DNA of 60,832 nucleotides from contig JAMCQB010000142.1 of assembly GCA_023382175.1 (NCBI GenBank), forward strand, positions 1-60,832. Reading direction: 5' to 3'. This document shows positions 57,415 to 60,832 of the stretch, one piece after another; within the stretch, counting starts at the first letter, position 1; every line of letters begins with the position of its first letter. The translations under genes were made by a program, and so were the position numbers. Under the pieces are notes generated by a model that searched no databases, was not told the origin of the DNA, and was given only the letters and a program-made list of their open reading frames with translations. The DNA comes from Nitrospirota bacterium (GTDB taxonomy: Bacteria; Nitrospirota; Thermodesulfovibrionia; Thermodesulfovibrionales; UBA9159).

Positions 57415-58150
57415 TTCTTTGCTCCTCCTTAATCTCAAAAAGTAATGTATGGTCTTCGTCAGTGAGAGAAACCTTCTCCAGTAAATCCGGCCTTCTCTTC
57501 AGCGTTCTCCTCAGCGCTTCCTTCCTCCTCCATCGCGCCACGTCACCGTGGTTCCCGGAAAGCAGCACCTCGGGCACTTCATACCCTTCGTACTCAGGCG
57601 GCCTGGTGTAATGAGGATAATCCAGGATCCCCCACGAAAATGACTCTTCCACTACGGAATGCTCATCCCCCAGCGCCTCGGGGATGAGCCGCACAATGGA
57701 GTCTATTATAACCAAAGCGGGCAATTCTCCGCCAGTCAAAACGTAATCGCCGATGGATATCTCCCTGTCCACAAGGGCATCCCTCACGCGCTCATCAACA
57801 GCCTCGTACCTCCCGCAGATGAACAGGAGCCTTCTTTTTTCCCTGGACAGGGCAAGGGCCATTTCCTGGTCGAACCGTTCCCCCTGGGGGCTCATCATAA
57901 TAGTGCAGGTCTCGAGACCGTCTGCCTTTACGGACTTCACCGCCTTGAAAAAAGGCTCAGGCTTCAGCACCATGCCGGGTCCCCCGCCATAGGGATAATC
58001 ATCAACCGTCCTGTGCCGGTCCGTTGTGTAGTCCCTGAGATTGTGAATCTTTATGTCGACGATGCCCTTCTGAATGGCCCGTTTGAATATCTTCACCGAA
58101 AAATATGATTCGAAGATCCCGGGGAATATGGTTATGATCTCACAGCGCAT
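57401..58150 (-). CDS. trmD: tRNA (guanine37-N1)-methyltransferase
   Basis: The start is moved to the ATG at 58150 ([17 protein letters not shown]...), the canonical TrmD N-terminus. The 42 upstream codons in the ORF track have no TrmD counterpart. Confidence 0.93.
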   Translation of the reverse strand: MRCEIITIFPGIFESYFSVKIFKRAIQKGIVDIKIHNLRDYTTDRHRTVDDYPYGGGPGMVLKPEPFFKAVKSVKADGLETCTIMMSPQGERFDQEMALALSREKRRLLFICGRYEAVDERVRDALVDREISIGDYVLTGGELPALVIIDSIVRLIPEALGDEHSVVEESFSWGILDYPHYTRPPEYEGYEVPEVLLSGNHGDVARWRRKEALRRTLKRRPDLLEKVSLTDEDHTLLFEIKEEQRNESD

Positions 58151-58355
58151 CCCTCTCCTCGCCTTCTGAGGTTGTTTATTATACACCACTTTTATACACC
58201 ACGCTTTTGGCCCCCGGAAACGCTTCGCCATAAGAGAAAATCTGCGGTTGGATAATGAGACCGGGGAGGCCTGCAAGGGATTTCCGCTCGAAAGCAGAAC
58301 AGAGAGAATTATGGTGAACTATATGAAAGGGGTTGGGAGAAGGTCGTCAGCTCAG

Positions 58356-58391
58356 TATTGGAGTTCAGGACCGAAGTCCTGAACTCCAATA
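58356..58391 (-). other. Perfect 16-bp stem-loop with a UUCG tetraloop directly downstream of the KH-protein gene
   Basis: TATTGGAGTTCAGGAC-cgaa-GTCCTGAACTCCAATA; on the transcribed minus strand the loop reads UUCG. There is no U-tract on the minus strand and a T-tract on the plus strand. Confidence 0.6.
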
Positions 58392-58397
58392 TACTTT

Positions 58398-58643
58398 TTA
58401 TTCAAGGATTTCAAGAACGCAACGTTTGCCGATCTTTGTGCCTGCGGCGCCAAGTATGGTCCTCATGGCACGGGCAGTCTTTCCCTGCTTTCCTATCACT
58501 TTCCCGAGGTCGCTGGTTGCTACCCTCAACTCAAACACCGTGGTCCTCTCGCCGTCCACCTCTTTCACGATCACCTCTTCAGGACTGTCAACCAGAGCTC
58601 TCGCCATCGATTCCACTAACTCTTTCATCTTATCCACCTCCAT
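58398..58643 (-). CDS. KH domain RNA-binding protein (UPF0109/YlqC family)
   Basis: 81 aa. [20 protein letters not shown] is a GxxG KH motif. Conserved position after rpsP. Confidence 0.85.
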   Translation of the reverse strand: MEVDKMKELVESMARALVDSPEEVIVKEVDGERTTVFELRVATSDLGKVIGKQGKTARAMRTILGAAGTKIGKRCVLEILE

Positions 58644-58659
58644 AGGAATTAAGGACCGC

Positions 58660-58896
58660 CTACAGGCCGGCCTTCTGCAAAAGCTTCTTCGCGATTACGG
58701 TAGGTTGTGCTCCCTGCTCCAGCCAGTGCCTCGCCCTCTCCACATCGATCTTTGTCTCAGCCGGACCCTTCTGTGGATCGTACGTCCCGAGAATCTCTAT
58801 AAAAGGCCCGTCCCTTCTCGCCCTGGAGTCAGTGACCACCATGCGATAGAAAGGCCTCTTGTGGGCTCCTAACCTTGTCAGTCTGATCTTAACCAA
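58660..58896 (-). CDS. rpsP: 30S ribosomal protein S16
   Basis: 78 aa. [30 protein letters not shown] is the canonical S16 N-terminus. Confidence 0.95.
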   Translation of the reverse strand: MVKIRLTRLGAHKRPFYRMVVTDSRARRDGPFIEILGTYDPQKGPAETKIDVERARHWLEQGAQPTVIAKKLLQKAGL

Positions 58897-58960
58897 AAAC
58901 TCACCTCCTCAACTGTTTTCTGCTCTAGAATTTTAATATATTTCCGCAGTAAAGTAAAGC

Positions 58961-60280
58961 CTAAAATGGCAGTATCTTCGGCATGCGCATGCCCTTTTTC
59001 CCTTTGAACATCTTCAGCATCTTCTTCATCTCCACATACTGCTTGATCACCCGGTTCACATCGGTGACGGTGGTGCCGCTCCCGGCAGCGATCCTCCTCC
59101 GCCTGCTGCCGTTCAGGAGATTGTGGTTCCGCCGTTCTTCCGCGGTCATGGAATTGATAATTGCCTCCACCTTCACAAACTCCCTCTCGTCCACCGATAC
59201 GTTCTTGACCTTGCTGAAGCCCGGGATCATGCCCAGAAGGTTTTCGACGGGCCCCATGCTCCGTATCTTCTTGAGCTGCTCCTTCAGGTCTTCAAAGGTA
59301 AAGGACTCCCCGAGGATCTTCTCCTGGAGTTTTTCTGCTTCCTTCCTGTCAAAGGCCTGCTCTGCCTGTTCGATAAGACTCAGCATATCCCCCATCCCCA
59401 GGATCCTTGACGCGATGCGATCAGGATGGAAGGCCTCGAGCATTTCGATCTTTTCCCCTGTGCCGATGAACTTTATCGGTTTTCCGGTAATGGCCCGTAT
59501 GGAAAGGGCCGCGCCTCCCCGGGCATCGCCGTCCATCTTGGTGAGGATGATGCCGTCGATGCCGATCTGTTCATTGAAGTTCTTTGCGATATTCACCGCA
59601 TCCTGTCCGGTCATGGCATCGGCCACAAAAAGGGTTTCCTTAGGCTTCACCTTCGCCTTTATCTCCGAGAGCTCCTTCATCAGGCCCTCATCGATATGGA
59701 GCCTTCCCGCGGTATCCATGATCAACACATCATGGGCGTCCAGTTTCGCCTTTCTCACCGCCTCATCGCAGAGCGCCACGGGGTCTTTCATCTCCTTGGA
59801 ATGGAAGACCGGCACTTCAAGCTGCTTTCCCAGGGTGATCAACTGATCGATGGCTGCAGGGCGCTGAAGGTCAGCAGCCACCAGCAAGGGGCGTCTGCCC
59901 TCCTTCTTGAAAAGGCGGGCAAGCTTTGCAGAGGTCGTAGTCTTTCCTGAACCGTGAAGGCCGACCATCATGATGACAGTGGGGGGATTGGGCGAAAGAT
60001 GTATCTTCGCTCCGGCGCCCCCGAGAAGCCCGCAGAGTTCATTATTGACGATCTTGATCACCTGCTGCCCGGGGGTGAGGCTCTCAAGGACTTCCTTGCC
60101 CACCGCCTTCGTCTTCACATTCTGGATAAAGTCCTTTACGACCTTGAAATTAACATCAGCTTCCAGAAGAGCGATACGCACCTCTTTCAGCGCCGCGTCA
60201 ATATCCTCTTCCTTGAGAATGCCCCTGCTTCTCAGTTTCTTGAATATGGATTCGAGTTTCTCACTTAAGGCTTCGAGCAT
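58961..60280 (-). CDS. ffh: Signal recognition particle protein Ffh
   Basis: 439 aa. NG domain with GLHGSGKTTT and DTAGR, and a Met-rich M domain. In ffh-rpsP synteny. Confidence 0.97.
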   Translation of the reverse strand: MLEALSEKLESIFKKLRSRGILKEEDIDAALKEVRIALLEADVNFKVVKDFIQNVKTKAVGKEVLESLTPGQQVIKIVNNELCGLLGGAGAKIHLSPNPPTVIMMVGLHGSGKTTTSAKLARLFKKEGRRPLLVAADLQRPAAIDQLITLGKQLEVPVFHSKEMKDPVALCDEAVRKAKLDAHDVLIMDTAGRLHIDEGLMKELSEIKAKVKPKETLFVADAMTGQDAVNIAKNFNEQIGIDGIILTKMDGDARGGAALSIRAITGKPIKFIGTGEKIEMLEAFHPDRIASRILGMGDMLSLIEQAEQAFDRKEAEKLQEKILGESFTFEDLKEQLKKIRSMGPVENLLGMIPGFSKVKNVSVDEREFVKVEAIINSMTAEERRNHNLLNGSRRRRIAAGSGTTVTDVNRVIKQYVEMKKMLKMFKGKKGMRMPKILPF

Positions 60281-60798
60281 TACAGGAGTTCCTCAACCTC
60301 TTTCGAAAGGGTTTCGGCAAGGCCCGGGAAGAAGCCCATGTGGCGCTTCACCACCTTGCCTTCTTTATCAATGATGAACATCACCGGGATACCGCTTACT
60401 CCATAGGCAACATTCACGCTCCCGTTGTCCACCATCACCGGGTAGACAACGGCATACTCCTTCACAAAGTCGCGTACCTTGGAAAGGGCATCCCCACCCT
60501 TGTCAACGGAAATGCCGAGAAGCTGGAAGTTCTTATCCCGGAACTTCTCGGACACCTTGTTCAGTTCGGGGATCGATTCTCTGCATGGCGGGCACCAGGT
60601 GGCCCAGAACTCAATGATTACTACCTTGCCTCTGAGCTCGGAAAGCCGTATAGCGCTTCCCTGGAGGCTGGTGAAGGTAAATTCAGGAGCCTTGCCGCTT
60701 TCACTGACAATCTTTTCCTCTGCCTTCTTGCAGGACGCGGCAAAAAGGCCGAGAGCAACGAGGGACACGAGCACGCAGATTTTTTTCAGATGATCCAC
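60280..60798 (-). CDS. TlpA/ResA-like thioredoxin-fold thiol:disulfide oxidoreductase lipoprotein
   Basis: 172 aa. Lipobox LFAASC, WATWCPPCRESIPEL active site. Confidence 0.85.
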   Translation of the reverse strand: MDHLKKICVLVSLVALGLFAASCKKAEEKIVSESGKAPEFTFTSLQGSAIRLSELRGKVVIIEFWATWCPPCRESIPELNKVSEKFRDKNFQLLGISVDKGGDALSKVRDFVKEYAVVYPVMVDNGSVNVAYGVSGIPVMFIIDKEGKVVKRHMGFFPGLAETLSKEVEELL

Positions 60799-60832
60799 TA
60801 TCGCGATTTCCTCTCCCAGACCTGGAACAGAT

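Noticed and set aside
58333-58872. 179-aa plus-strand ORF across the KH and rpsP region
   Set aside because: It lies antisense to two highly conserved genes (S16 and the KH protein) and is therefore a shadow ORF.
1-60832. CRISPR array, rRNA or tRNA genes
   Set aside because: The repeats present are dispersed single palindromic units, not regularly spaced direct repeats. No tRNA cloverleaf signatures (such as GGTTCGAATCC-type T-arms) or rRNA-like stretches were seen. A tRNAscan/Infernal run would be needed for certainty.

Overview
This 60.8 kb window of bacterial chromosome looks like it comes from an anaerobe, judging by its gene content: indolepyruvate:ferredoxin oxidoreductase, phenylacetate-CoA ligase, a membrane-bound uptake [NiFe] hydrogenase and Mla, with many small palindromic repeats. 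All identifications come from reading motifs in the supplied translations; no database search was possible. Most of the window is tightly packed housekeeping: liv transporter/ior/paaK, fabH-plsX-rpmF-yceD, rny-ymdB, pgpA-cinA-thpR-recA-pilT-recX-alaS, ubiB, secA, mlaEFD, and ffh-rpsP-KH-trmD-rplS-rnhB. Three things stand out. (1) The hydrogenase large-subunit gene (13979..15688) is intact only if two in-frame TGA codons are read through. Those codons (14156 and 14165) sit exactly on the two cysteines of the N-terminal RxCGxC nickel-binding motif, which makes it a candidate double-selenocysteine active site. The partner small subunit has CxxD instead of CxxC in its first Fe-S motif. (2) An accessory, defence-type island of about 8.6 kb (17649..26230, all minus strand) holds a Type III restriction-modification system whose mod and res genes are separated by four co-oriented genes. 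These are an AT-rich pair of uncharacterised proteins (one with an Rx4H HEPN-like motif, one membrane-anchored coiled-coil protein with a wHTH-like tail) and a DUF433/DUF5615 toxin-antitoxin pair. A DUF4160/DUF2442 pair sits upstream, bracketed by a duplicated mod 5' end. (3) At least six families of MITE-like palindromic elements are scattered through the intergenic regions. Two of them lie in frame inside mod, and one supplies the C-terminus and stop codon of alaS. No rRNA, tRNA, CRISPR array, integrase or transposase was recognised.
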